A stretch of DNA of 64,000 bases, taken from Spizellomyces punctatus DAOM BR117. Taxonomy: Eukaryota. The stretch lies in assembly GCA_000182565.2 (NCBI GenBank), contig KQ257455.1, one strand, 5' to 3'. The position numbers were made by a program, and so were the translations under genes. Below the pieces are notes generated by a model. It saw only the letters and a program-made list of their open reading frames with translations, searched no databases and was not told where the DNA came from. This document shows, in pieces, positions 11,720-24,619 of the stretch. Numbering within the stretch: position 1 is the stretch's first letter; each line of letters begins with the position of its first letter.

Positions 11720-13387
11720 ATGCTTCCTGTCCTAGTGCCCTTCGGATGGGCTGCGTCTTCGTACCTGTATTGGGTTCGAGGCAAGCGCTTTGACACGTTA
11801 ACTGAGATCCTCGAAGGTCCAGATCCACAGTCGTCACCAGAGGCAGCGTTTCAAACCTATGAGAAGACATGGGAATACGAGTTTCCCTTCCTATCAAGAA
11901 TGGTATGTTGATGTGTAGTCTACGTGCTTCCTTGGAGATCTTGCATAGGAACATGTTTTATAATGTTTGATATATATTGATTCGATCTGACTTGCTGCGC
12001 ACTCAGGCCTTCCACTTCGGCATGCTTCGAGCCTATGCAATTCCTTCCATTGCCCAGGCCATTTCGTCTAGGCATGATATAAACACGTCAACAGATTCAG
12101 GAATGGCAAATGTTGCCCGTCGTTTTGAGGATACCGATCTTCTTGTTAAGGAAATGACGGAGCGTCCACTTACGCACCCTCGAGCGCAGCAAGCGTTGGA
12201 ACGTGCAACGAGGATCAGATCCCTGTATAGGCTGACAAACGAGGAATATTGCTATGTCCTTTCGGTCTTGGTAGTGGAACCTTGTCGGTTGGTGGAGAAA
12301 TGGGGTTATAGGAGTCTTGCAAAGAAGGAGAAGGAGGTGGGTTCCAGGCTCTGTGTTTATGTTAGGCATAGACATAACAGCGATTGTCGAGATTTTGGAC
12401 TAATGTCATTTTCCGGTTAAAGGCACATTATGAAGTGTGGAAAGCAATTGGTACGCATATGGGAATCCAGAATATTCCGCCCAGCTTTCACGACATGGAG
12501 GAGTTCTCTCGGGTACGTTCCAATGTGAATCATGTTAGTTGGAGGATATTTAGCGTATTAACTCATTCGTCATCTAGAAATTTGAAGAGAAGCACATGGG
12601 TGCCCACCCATCTTCCTCTGCGCTGGCTTCGGCAGCGATCGATTTATTCGTCGATACCCTGCCTTTCAAATCCCTGCACTCGATCATTCTCCCAATCGCA
12701 CGACGAACTGTACACGCCTTGATGGACCCAGAGTTAAGGCAAGCCCTTAAAATATCTGCTCCGCCTTTCCTGCTGTCGTGGGTGGCCGACTTCATGTTAC
12801 GCGTTCATGCTGGCTGTGTAAGATACCTATTACTTCCCAGAGAAGAACCGGCGCGTAGAACGCCGGAAATAGCCGCAGGTCCGACCGGACGTTATGTACC
12901 GGTGACACACGTGTACGGGGACTTTTACGTGCACGGTTATCGCGTAGATGAACTGGGCCCCAAAGGGATGCAGGAGCCGTTTACGGTGATGATGGATAAT
13001 GCTGCAGACACAAGTGTACAAGGCAGGATCCGCAGAGCTTTGTCGCTGCATACACCAAGACTGTCTGTCCCTGTCAGTCCTGCCAAGCAGCAAAAACCCG
13101 TACCGGATTCCGCAATAGAAATGGATTTAAGTCCTCGCAAAAAAACAGAAAACTCGATCCTGCGCAGACGAAGTTCCTCCAATCGACTTAGCGTTAATGG
13201 AGAAGACGATCTTAGACGTCGACAAACAGTTGAAGACGATGATGACGACGGTCCTGTTCTCTTCAGACGATACACATGGAATGAAGGCATACACGCGCCC
13301 GTGCCCCGTAGGCCAGTCGTCCGAGGCTTGTTTGCAGAGTCTGCTGAAGTTGACGCGTGGGCGTCCTTTGGAAGCAAAGACACATGA
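11720..13387 (+). CDS. MpaB/DUF2236 (ER-bound oxygenase-like) protein with low-complexity C-terminal extension (spliced)
   Basis: YEFPF, LRAYAIPSIA, RRFEDTDLL, TNEEYCYVLS, KWGYRSL, IGTHMGIQNIP, ALMDPELRQAL are recognisable family blocks. Confidence 0.78.
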
Positions 13388-13830
13388 GATCGGACAAGAG
13401 GCAGACATTCTTGTATCACTTTTACGGCAGAGTGTTCTTTGTTGTCAACATGCCCTTTTGTATAGTTTTTTTTGGGTGTCGGGTAGTGTGTTTTGTTTTG
13501 GCATCTTGTACATTGATATGTTTATGGACTTGGTATTTTAAATGGGCAACGCGACTCTGTGCGCTATTTAATCTAACCAGCGAATCTATTGAAATAGGAA
13601 TCTGGGTGCAATAGGAGCAGCTTATGGAATAATATCTCGATGAGGAAGCCGCTTTCCTCACACTGGATCGTCTTTACTTTGGAGTAAATACTCAACCATG
13701 AGCTTTCTTTGATCCGCATATGCGATCTGTTGTACGCCATTGCCGATATGAGACTTAAATACTATATGGATTGCATTCATATATACACATATGAACTATA
13801 CAGCAGTATTACAAGCCCAGGACTGTGACG

Positions 13831-16800
13831 TTATAGTTGCCATGATCGTATGGTATCGCCCTCATCCTGCGCGATAAAAGGTCTATCAACACTTTTAATC
13901 ATCACATCCCCACATAAGGGGCATTCAGCTGCAATAAGATCATCCAATTCCTCCTGAAAAAAAAGGGTAGAACATGTTAATTACAAAATCAGACGCTGAA
14001 TATGCGACTGGACGTTACCTTTAAGGTATCCGGACTGCGTGCCTTATTATTTCCCTTTGTTTCAACAGCGGAGGGAACAGGGCTGGCTTCCCCTGGTTCT
14101 TTAACACGCCTCATTCCCAACATTGCCGATGACAGTATCGAGCCACCGTCATCAACTAGTGCCGCTCTCTTTGCGGCAATTTCCTGTGTAATCCGTTCCT
14201 GGAGGTCTTGTATCCGCTTACTTTTCGCCGGCGTGGATTCTTTGATCACCTAGTAACAAGGCAAATTGTTAAAATAAGAAGGCATTGCTATTGGAGAGGA
14301 CTCTTGATGCACGTACTTGATTGCTGAGGCAGTCAGCATGAAAAACGTGCTCACAAGGAAACACATAAAACTGTCGTGTCAACAGCGGGGATCGGCATGA
14401 TTTGCACCGTTCTGCGACCGGAATGGTCGTGTATCTATGAATGCCACACTCAAAATATTAGCGGGATAACCCACTTGTCATTACAGAGGTGCAATGTACG
14501 TACCTGTTTCGCAATTCTCGGATATCCAGCCGGATACTCTCAGCGCTCTTGGTTGCTTCATCCATTTCCGCTTTCAATTCGTCAATGTGCTCATTATATT
14601 CTTCCAGTGCACTACAAATCTCATCCTTGAAATCATCAATAAGGACAAAATCTGGGAAAAAGGGTAAGATGTCCTCTATCTTCAGAAGATCTGAGGTTTG
14701 CAATAGGAAAGCCAGGGCTCTAGTATTAATCAAGTCGTGCATTGGTTAGTACTAGCAGATATTTTTCATTCCCGATCCTGCTTTTCCTTACTGTTTGATA
14801 TCCCGGTTTTCTTCAATGACGTGTCGCGCTATCCGCAACCACAGCTTCTTCCTCAGCGAGTTATCTTCTTCGGGCTTATTGGCATTGATCTGGGCTAGCT
14901 CCAAGTCGTTGAACTACAGAAAATATGTCAGTCAGTTCCTCCTTCGCCGGATTACTTCCATCGGACAGGCAGATGGACGCCTACCTTCAATGCCAAATCA
15001 ACAGCCTGCTCGTGCAAATTCATTGCACTATATATATGGACACAGGCCTGGGCCAACCCATGCTGGCTACACAGTCGCAGGGCGTATTGAAGATCATATC
15101 GGGGATGGTCCTTCTGTTTGTGTTCAGATATTTAAGCTCCATAATCTAACCAAGGGCCAGTGTACTTTATGAAGCCCTCAAAAAGTGTTCACATCTAGCT
15201 ACCTGGGAATTCAGGAACTGGAGTAGGCCCTCTTCGTCATGACGTTTTGCTTGGGATATGTAGAGTGAAAGGAGGTAGTTGTGAACGGTCATGTCCGTAT
15301 TTTGCAGGTTTTGTGTGACATATTGTAAATAACGGATGGCTTGATTCTACAGTGGATAGATAGCTCAGCAAAGCCCTTTAACGACTGTATAGCATGCCGC
15401 ACATACTTGTCCCTCTGTCCCTTTCTTTCCTGCGGATCTCACCACTTCGTATTTCAACAAAGCGGGAATCAAATTACGAGGATTCAGGTTGGGCTGTCTT
15501 ATCCATGCATTCACTGTCTCATAAGGGGCATATTCCATTAATATTGGCGAGAACTTGTAGTACAAGTCCACAGACGTCTGAGCAGACTACAGTTAGGAAC
15601 TCTATAGTCGTTTCTTTGCCAGACACATAACAAACCTGCCGTGCTAGTACATCCAAAGCGCTCTGCCATTGTCGCTCTTGAACCCAGTGAGTGACCACCT
15701 TCTCATAGTCACCCATCAGTTCCAAAAAATATAGCAGCTCCTGGGTCCGACCGTGGCTGGCAATGATTTTTGAAGTAGTGTCGCGATCCAGTCGTGTCTA
15801 TGACATTGGTCAACGCCTACCCTATCATCTGTTAAATTCATCCTAACTCACCTTGTACTTTCGCAAAAATTGCTTGAACTCATCAATTGCGATAGCCTCC
15901 TCTTCCTCTAGGGTTTTCTTCTTGGAATTCGCGTCCTCTAGGCCCTCTGTCGCCTCCGCATTCCTACTCAAGGTCTCCACGGTGGCTGCTGCATCGCTGA
16001 CTTTATCACGCAAAACATTTAGCCTGTTGATGAAGATCTCAACTAGCCAAGTGGATATTAGGGTGATCTGCGTCGCATCCTATCCACAAACTGTAAGTAT
16101 GCACACGATTGTCATTTAAAACGGCCATGCCAGCTTACTTGCGATCTAAGCCGCTCAAGCTTCTGAAAAAGGAAATGCTTCAAAGCTTCACGCTCATCTT
16201 TTGCGATAAACTTGAGAACGATTTCCTCAAACGAGAGACTCGCAGACTGAGCATAATACGTAGCAGACAATATATAGCGCTGTTGAGAATAATAATATTC
16301 TGCCTGAGCGGTAATGATTTGATCTTTCTGGGCAGGATTCTGCATGGACCCATGATGACTATCAGCAAAATGATACGCAATGAACACGATACTGCAAATT
16401 CAATACCTTAGCATAAGAAAGAGCTGCGTCGAAGCTCTTTTTGTTCAGATAGATACGCCATATGTCTCTGTCCTCCTCCGTTATTATCAGCTCATAAAGA
16501 GCCAGATTTGTAAAAATCCAGTAGGTGCTTTTGAGGGGATCCACAGAGATGCCAAACACCAGCTCGCCGAATTCCTACAAGTAAAATGAAACGACAACGA
16601 TAAGTTCCACTATTCGGGAGTTTTGAGTATTTGCACTCAAGGCGCACCAAGGGTATCTGTTCTTCGTAATCCACTTCACTTGTCAAGATGTTTATGGCTT
16701 TGATCGAGCTTTCATACAGGAGCAGGTAGTGAAATTTGGTGATATTGATAGATATCGGCACGTCCCCAGGAAGATAAAGACCTTCAGCAGGCGATTCATT

Positions 16801-18323
16801 TTCTTGACGACTGGGGGGTCGCGGATATCTAAGATTTAGGATGATATACTGATTGACATTTTGCGTTTAGTAATGTCCCGGCACACCATCCACTTACGGA
16901 AGTAATTGTGCGTTATTGATCACACTGTCGCCCACGGACTGATTACCAAAGACGAGGTCCCCACAATAGAGACCGGCACCTAAAGGTATTGGGGCAACTT
17001 AGCATATGCGCACGACTGGGCTCATCACCTCACCATTCAAGTACGTACCTGTAAGCCATGCAAATGTCTTGGGAACACTCGGAAAACCAGTCTCTTTGAG
17101 ATACTGGCTCCAAAATTGTAGTTCCGTCCGCACAAGATCTCCTGGCATCTCCTGGAAATCTGGCAGCCCAACGTTAAAGACCGTGGCCATGATGAATACA
17201 TAAAAAGATGTCCGTACTTGCAGTATGACCATCATAATGCTTAAAAAGCTCACTGAACATGCTTTTATCAGCATCATCCTCCCCAATATCACCAATAAAC
17301 TGATACAGTCTGTTAGGGGTAGCTAGAAAGACTACGCATTTCTTCGGAACTGCAGGAAATTGCTCGTAGCGCAAACTGCTGATAGGCATGCCTTCCTCAG
17401 GAATAGTGAAGACCTAGAGACTCTTGTATATCACTTTTCGCTCTACATAACTGCGCAGAAAGCATAAAGGACACGTACTTGTTGGAAGTACTTCTCTTCC
17501 CGCTTAAAGAACTCATCCGTCGGCTGCAATTCAGCTTCAAAGAGATGTCCCTGCTTTGACCCGATGAGCATTACTCCAGTGGATTCCCCAGTCACGTTTC
17601 TTGGCTTTCCCCATCCTATTGATTCAATGATCACTCCCTACAAATTGCGATGAGTTGGCAGGATGATGACTTGTCGGCCTTCGATTGAAAAAGGTGGGCT
17701 ACCCGAAATTTGTTTAAAATTCTCGGTTTTTTCCATTTTTCGAAGAGATAGTAGTTGTCACCAGCCTCGGTGGATATCAACAAGTGCTTTGCGCTGGGAT
17801 CCAAAAATATTTTACGAATTTTATCAGTCTTCTGGCGCAAGGTCGCATCAATCTCTGTTTGTCCATCGTAAAAGCATTATCAGTCGCCTGCATATCGTCC
17901 GCCCAAGGCCGATCTCTTACCATCAATAGCATCAGACTTTCCCAAATCAATTCTATATATCTTTTGTGTATGCACTCCGTCCCTTCCTGCACCGTGTCCC
18001 TTATGCTCCATAACAAACACCAGCATATTGTTTGACACTGCTAAGGACACCAAGTTGCCAATAGGAAATGGAAACTGGACACGATCCAGGGAGAACATGG
18101 GAAGAGTGTGGTTCTCAACTCGAGCACTGACATATCCTTGTTCAAGCTATTGCCAGCAGTAAGAGAGTTGTTACAGGCGAGCGCAATAGTTCTAGCGGCC
18201 ATTTTGTTTATCACATACAATTACGGGCGTCGAGCGGGTATCAAGTTGTTTTCGTCTATCCAGGGCCGCAAACTCTTCGGTATTTATACTCCCATCGTTC
18301 TCAAACTGGTCAAAGAGGGACAT
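13831..18323 (-). CDS. VPS18: Vacuolar protein sorting 18 (HOPS/CORVET subunit; many exons)
   Basis: FLDPSAKHLLIST, EEDRDIWRIYL, SFEEIVLKF, LYYKFSPILM, LLKIEDILPFFPDFVLIDDFK, C-terminal RING FPCEHVFHADC...ECPLCG. ATG (MSLFDQF) at 18323. Confidence 0.93.
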
Positions 18324-18588
18324 TGCTCTGCGGTAAGAGGCCAAGCGTTTGCGAAAACCTTGAAGGAAAGTTGCTTTGGTGGTGAATGACTCATCTCAGA
18401 CCACCTTTGCAAATCTGGACGCGTACTTGTGAGCGTTCGCGTTGAGCGACCGTTAATTCACTCTGTACACCACCCAGTCGTACTCCAGAAGCGCCCAAAG
18501 AGCACTCCACTACCTCTTCCTTGTTTGTATCTTCTTCTACATTGTCCTCTGCGGGATACTTGGCGTGTGAATCAGTGAAAGCATTGAG

Positions 18589-19533
18589 ATGACTGACTTT
18601 GACGAACGGCTCCTTCGTGCCATTACGGGAAACACTGGGGTAGAAAGCCACTTTGAGCCGGGTGACCGCCGCAATCCCGACTCAGACCCCGACTCAGATG
18701 ACGGTCTGTCAGACGGTGAGGATGCCGCAACAGAGTTCACTCCGGACATGGACGCAACAACGACCCGCGCCATGTCGGACGCCGCTCTTCGAAGAGCACT
18801 GGACATAGGTGGTGCCAAAACAGGACCAAAGGGCGTAATGGCCGACTATAAATTCCATCAGCGACAGGAGCGTGCAAGACGAGAACTCAAGCAGCAGAAT
18901 GCCGTTAGTAAATATGAGAGCAAGGCTCTGAAAAGCGGTTGGTTAGCCAGACAATTGGCCAGTGAAGAAACCCCACAAAATCAAGGTGCAAGTGCTGATG
19001 ATATTAGCGCGGAGGAGCTTCTAGAGGAGCTGGAGAACGAGGAAGAAGACGAGTATATCAAGGAATATCGCCTCAAACGATTACTGGAGCTCGCTCAGAA
19101 TGCACAACGACCACGTTTTGGAACCGTAGTGGATCTTCAATCTGCAGATGACTACCTTTCCGCGATTGATGACGAAGATCCAAGTGTGACAGTTCTAATC
19201 CACCTTTATCAGCCACGTATCGAAGCTTGCCGAACTGCCAATACTTTAATGGACTTGCTTGCGCAGCGCCATTCACACACAAAATTCTGTCGAATTTTGA
19301 GCCACGTAGCAGATGAAGGCTTTGACCAAGTCGCTTTACCCGCAATGCTGGCATATGTGGGTGGCGAACTGAAGGCAACCGTAATGAGAGTGTTGGATGA
19401 GGTGGAAGGATGGAAACGTACGGGCAGGTGTACCGTGGAGGAGTTTGAAAATGTTCTCACGGAATGGGGCCTGTTGGATGAAGTCTCCATAGTTGGGGAG
19501 AAGCTTGGTGGCATGTGCGTGGGTGGTGTATGA
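18589..19533 (+). CDS. Phosducin-like protein 1 (G-beta/gamma co-chaperone), single exon
   Basis: TGPKGVMADY motif, YRLKRLLEL, FGTVVDL, thioredoxin-like VLIHLY...KFCRI...ALPAMLAY. Confidence 0.9.
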   Translation: MTDFDERLLRAITGNTGVESHFEPGDRRNPDSDPDSDDGLSDGEDAATEFTPDMDATTTRAMSDAALRRALDIGGAKTGPKGVMADYKFHQRQERARRELKQQNAVSKYESKALKSGWLARQLASEETPQNQGASADDISAEELLEELENEEEDEYIKEYRLKRLLELAQNAQRPRFGTVVDLQSADDYLSAIDDEDPSVTVLIHLYQPRIEACRTANTLMDLLAQRHSHTKFCRILSHVADEGFDQVALPAMLAYVGGELKATVMRVLDEVEGWKRTGRCTVEEFENVLTEWGLLDEVSIVGEKLGGMCVGGV

Positions 19534-20860
19534 GGTTTAGCTTCGCGCCCGATTGAGCGGCTGCACGAGCAATGATGGGGGATGGGAGTGCGCGAGTTAC
19601 TTCCACGTCGTTATTGATTCATCCATCGGCTTCCAATCATGGCATCAACTACTTTGCAACGAGCTCAAACCGTTTCTTTTGAAACGCGGTGGATTCTCCT
19701 TGTGAAACATTCCTGACTGTGTGATATTGGGTTTTGTCTCTCTGTCGTGCTCTACCGAGCTATGTGGTATGCTGTAGTTACCTGCACATGCCGTCTATAT
19801 CTGTGACCTAATTTGAGCGGGCATAACTGATGGAGATTTGCGTAATATATTAGAGTGCTTCCTACTTTCCAAGTAGGAGCGACCAACCGTACAATTTCTT
19901 ATCCTCGAATTGATTTTATGACAGATTTGCGACTGCTCGTCGGAAGCCGTTGCCCGAGGTACCGTACTGAACTCTGCCGACATCGAAGTGAGTAACTTCC
20001 TGACAGGACCGCCCATTATCTAGGCAGAGTCCCTTGTTGCCTTGCGACTATGCTCTCCTTTCCTCGGGTGTCCTTATGGCGTCCTCAGGCGGCACCCGTT
20101 CTCGCCTATGCTCAACTGTACGCCTTTGCGCAAACACTCGTCTGAACCTATCCAAAACCGCTCCTCTACCGCGCTGTCCCAAATCAGTCGTCCACGTACA
20201 AGTGCTTTGCCAAAAACACGCTCGGTCGCACGCTTTCTCCCCAAATTATGGACCTTCATGAAATACTGTGACTTTTCATATTGATTGTTGCAGAACCACC
20301 TGGACTGGGGAGAATTGTGACCAAGCCTTTCTAAACAGAGTTAAATCAAGACAGAACACGGGTTCTCCCATGCAATGATCTGGTCTGCTCCAGCCTCCGC
20401 TGGAGCTTCATATACTAGATGCGTTGCCTCTCAGTCTCGGTCTGCTGCACAGGGATGCGTTGGTGACCCATGCCCGGTGAGCAACAACCTATAGTTGGAA
20501 TACCGAATTACGCTTGACTGTGGCTCTTCCGTGGCGGGCCCTCCTGCCTGGATTCGACAGGTTTTGGTACATCCATCATGTTTAGTGTCACAGCGCTCAA
20601 GCCTGTTTATTCGTTCTGTTGCCGACTGATGTACTCCTGCAGTTTGTTTCTGCTTGATAATACAAGATCTTTTGCAGACATTTCAAGAATATAACCCAAT
20701 CCATTTTTGCCAAAGATTATCTACCATTCTGCACCAGCTTTTCAGGTTAGTCCACGATGTGACTTTCTCGGTGCCCTAAAAAGTACAGATATGGGCACGC
20801 TTCCGAAACATCTGTTTTGTAAGGTCTCCCCATCGCTCTCGTCGAATGATAACAGAAGAT

Positions 20861-22604
20861 CTACTTTTCCAGAGCGATCAGATCCTCCTCTGATACGCTT
20901 TCGTCGTCATCGTCAAGTGCTGTTGGTAAGTCTGTGACAGGATCTGATGCTTCACATATACCCCCAAATGAGTCTTTTATGATCGGATGCATCAGAAGAT
21001 GTAATTGATCTTGAGTGATGTTGGATAAGCGGTTCTGAATCGTGATAAGTGCGAGGTCAGAGTTTGTTGGCTCTCCCGCGTCGTTCTGTCCCGAAGATAC
21101 ATGCAAGTACATAAGCAGCGCTGTGCAGATCCATACAATCCACTGGTTGACGCCAGGCAAGTGGTTCTGGTCGGTGAATTCGTTTGACGCAATGAACAGA
21201 TGGTCAAGTAAATATATGGAAACATGGAGTGGGCAAATGCCTGTGCAAGAATGAGCTTTGTTTCTCCTGTTCTTAGTGACAAGAAATCAAAATAGTCGTA
21301 CCAATAAAGAAGTTTCCAATAAGAAGTAAAATCATGTCCTTGATGTCTGGGATTGCGTATTATGCAGGGAGCGATTTCAGAGGGACACACTTGGACAACT
21401 GAGGTACTGCACTGGAAGCTCAACTTCGTTTACCTTCTTCACCGGCTTCAATTAAACGTGCATACCAAGCGGGATCGTTTTCTTTGAGACACATCCTGAT
21501 CTCATAGGCAATGTGTTCCATCCCATAGCGATCATCCTCTCTCCACACGAATGGCAACCTTGTCCAAAAGGCCTGAACCATCTCAACCATGTCATCTTCT
21601 TGCAGCTCATTTTGAGCGCTTACCGTAAGGAATGGAACAATGGACGCTAAAATTCGCTTGTGTTGCGGCGTGAATGTCTGAGACCTAGTGGGATATGCCA
21701 AGTCTCTTATAGGAAATTGCGTAGCTTCAGCGAGGAGTACAAAGTGGGTGAAGATGCTTTCCATTTGTCGGATTGTCTGGAAAGAAATGGCGAGAGAGTG
21801 AAGGGTCCGGTGTTCGACCAAAAAATCTTGACACCTACATATGTAGATATAAACAAAAGTTTTGATCGCAAGATACATACAACGACCATAAACATAGGAG
21901 CGACATACATTGCATAACAGGTCATGTTAGAGTTCTCGGAAACCAGTGATAGCGGGCGCTCAGGCATTTTCCGCCGCACTAGAAGCAAAATATTCGTAAA
22001 GCTCTGCAAGGTTTGCTTAGGCTGTGGCCTCTGTTAATGTCGTACCATGAGGTTTCAAGGCAGCCCTCCATATGGATTTTCTCAGGTTATGGACGACGAT
22101 TGGTCGGTTGACCAGTGGCAAAAGCTGCCCTTTATATGCTGGCATGCGGTTCAGAACATCTGCTAGAACATATTGCTCTATATCTGAAGGTTCTCTCTGG
22201 AGCGACAACTAAGCTTAAATCTCCTAATCTGAATGATGGAAAGTTAGAAGCTTGAAATATACCTTGACCCCAGGGCACGTATTCAACTCATTCGGAAAGA
22301 GCTCGAGCAATGTCAGATCCAGGGCTCTGTTTACTGCACTCTGGACAAATTTATAAGCAGACTCCTTTTCCAGCGCATGGTGGATATGTTCGGCAGCCCA
22401 CTTCGTCTCTGTCGCTGTCCACTTGCCCACTAGATTTATTTGAGGGACAGTCTCGTGTGTTAACAAATCATACACTAAGTTGCGAAGTTTTCGCCCCGCA
22501 GCTGAGTTTTTAAGACGATAAAGTACTGCCGATATCGACTGCGTAACTGCAAACCGACTTGGTTCATCGCTATCTACCACTTCATAGCTCTGAACTGGCA
22601 TCAT
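20861..22604 (-). CDS. Hypothetical helical protein, weakly TBC/Rab-GAP-like (spliced; exon structure uncertain)
   Basis: Chain of minus-strand exons with splice signals; LRKSIWRAAL and GICPLHVSIYLLDHLFI resemble TBC blocks; ends SEEDLIALEK-stop. Confidence 0.45.
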
Positions 22605-22735
22605 ATCTTGACAAACCCCATCTGGCGAATCTCCAAGCTTCTGAGACGCGTTTGGATGACATAATACAGAAAGTGCACGTGACTCCGTCCCGAAAACGAG
22701 CTGCCGATCTCTGGTTGACTTTGCAGATCATACAC

Positions 22736-24619
22736 ATGGCCGTGGTGCGTAGAGGACCTATAACAGACCGGCAGTTCTCAGCTGTTTTGCGTCTCCTCAA
22801 TATTAAGAATGGGGAAAAGCTGGGTATGTTGCCGTCATATTGCGGTTTCAAGTCCGTCTCGGGAATTTGTGTTCAATAATTGCTTTCCCTGGTAGGAGTC
22901 GGAGTGTCCGGCGAAGCTAAGAGCTTAGCGCTGCTGGCGTTGCTGACACGAGCTGTTGGGAAAGAGAACGTGGTAGCATTTACAGTTGACCACAAGTTGA
23001 AGCATAATAGTACTAACGAAGCAATCAAACTGCAACTGTCCGTCGCAAAACTGGGTATTGCCGAAAGAGCTCGTTTGACGTCTGGGAAGTGCCCTTAACC
23101 TACTCTCTAGGGATTGAGCACCATATCATAACTCCGGACTGGAAGCAAAGTGGGTCAGGCTTCCGTGGAGACAAAAAGGATCCGCCCCTGGCGGACCATG
23201 GAACCTCTCCTTCGTACTGGACGAAGGGCACAGCCGCCAGGATTAGACGATATGCCATGCTATCCAGAGCGTGCAAAGCAAAAGGGATTCGAACTTTATT
23301 AATTGGTCATCACCTTGATGATCAAACCCGAATTGGCTTGAGTAGGCTGAAAAAGAATAGTGGGATTGAAGGACTAACAGGAATGAAAATGCTGCAACCG
23401 GAGATTTCCGGAACGACTGCTTCTGCTGCCAAGCATGTACGACTTGCGAGACCTCTATTGAGTTTTGCGCAGGTGTGATTGGCAAGTTCGATATGATCAA
23501 CATCAAGGAACTCATTTCGGTTGGCATACATAGGAGCAGCTTGTGGACATCTGTCGAGATCACGGCTTGGAACCGAATGATACCTCTAAGAATCATTTAA
23601 GATTTCTCCCTACGGAAGATTATGGACCCATGCTGGCAGCTGCGGAGGAAATGAATGAGAGACTAGGAGCCGAGAGCCCAGTTCGGGCACTATCCCGAAT
23701 ATCCTATGCTCGCTTCATGGAGCATATGGAGATCCACAGAAATGCATTCAAGGCAAAAGGTAGTATGAAAGTAGTCACATCTGGCATCCGCGTGCACTAA
23801 TCAATGTTATGTACAGTTACGCCGCTGCTAGAAGAGCACACCCTGCGTGATCCCCCGACCGGAACCTGTTTTCTGCATGTGAGAGCAAACAGAAATAATT
23901 TACAAAATCACTGGATCAGTCAACCATATCTGGCTGAACGGGTTTTAGCGCATGTGGTTAAGTGGGCCGGTAACGGATCGAATGTACCAGCTTCAACAGT
24001 GCCCAGTGCGTTAAGAGAACAGATCTTGAACTATTTCAAGTACAATTCGCGATTGGTGAATGGTGGAGGCGTGATCCTTTGTCCTCCACGTGCGAGCCAA
24101 ACGGGCGCATTCGTATGGGTTGTGGCGCGATCTCCAATTCAGCGAAGCGAATTTACAAAGAATGCAGTCCAACTCCGCATCGGCGAAAGAGCCATATGGG
24201 ATCAGCGGTTTCTGATCGCGTTGAGGGCACCGCAATTTGCATCAGTCAAGGAAACATTTTACGGTGTCGATCCGCAGGACCTAATTTTTGTTGTACGCCC
24301 CTTTACCGACCGCGATTATCACTCAATTCTTGATAGAATGCGCACTGGCCCCCGGACGGAGTGGAATGAATCCGTGCAGCAAGCATTGACTCATTATTGG
24401 CAAAAAATGCCACCTCCTGCTCGTCAAACGATTCCATGCATTGCGTTGAAGCAAGACAGTGGAGATACAAGCTATGTGATAAGTGTGCCAAGCATATCGA
24501 TAAATCTCGAACCACAATTGCTTGACGTACAATTCAGCTTTGCCAATCATTCGGCTTTCGAACGCGAAGGGGAAGAGATTGGGTTCAGATTGATAGAAAG
24601 AGTAGACGACAATTCATGA
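22736..24619 (+). CDS. tRNA(Ile)-lysidine synthase (TilS)-like PP-loop protein with degenerate catalytic motifs (spliced)
   Basis: VGVSGEAKSLAL, AFTVDHKL, AARIRRY, LLIGHHLDDQ, SGIEGLTGM, LARPLL; C-terminal IWDQRF and RQTIPCI. Confidence 0.8.

Noticed and set aside
1138-19533. Apparent pheromone/G-protein cluster (RAM2, Ste13-like peptidase, GPCR, phosducin-like)
   Set aside because: The genes are general housekeeping factors interspersed with unrelated loci; no pheromone precursor seen; chance is sufficient.
18589-19533. Intronless phosducin-like gene as a transfer or retrocopy candidate
   Set aside because: Ordinary eukaryotic family with no other anomaly; it also shows that lack of introns alone is weak evidence.
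19534-20860. 1.3-kb gap with short ORFs on both strands
   Set aside because: No consistent exon chain, motif or RNA structure recognised; treated as UTR/intergenic.
20861-21160. 99-aa ORF resembling a secreted protein with signal peptide
   Set aside because: It begins at TTG and the frame is open upstream to a splice acceptor; better explained as the last exon of the TBC-like gene.
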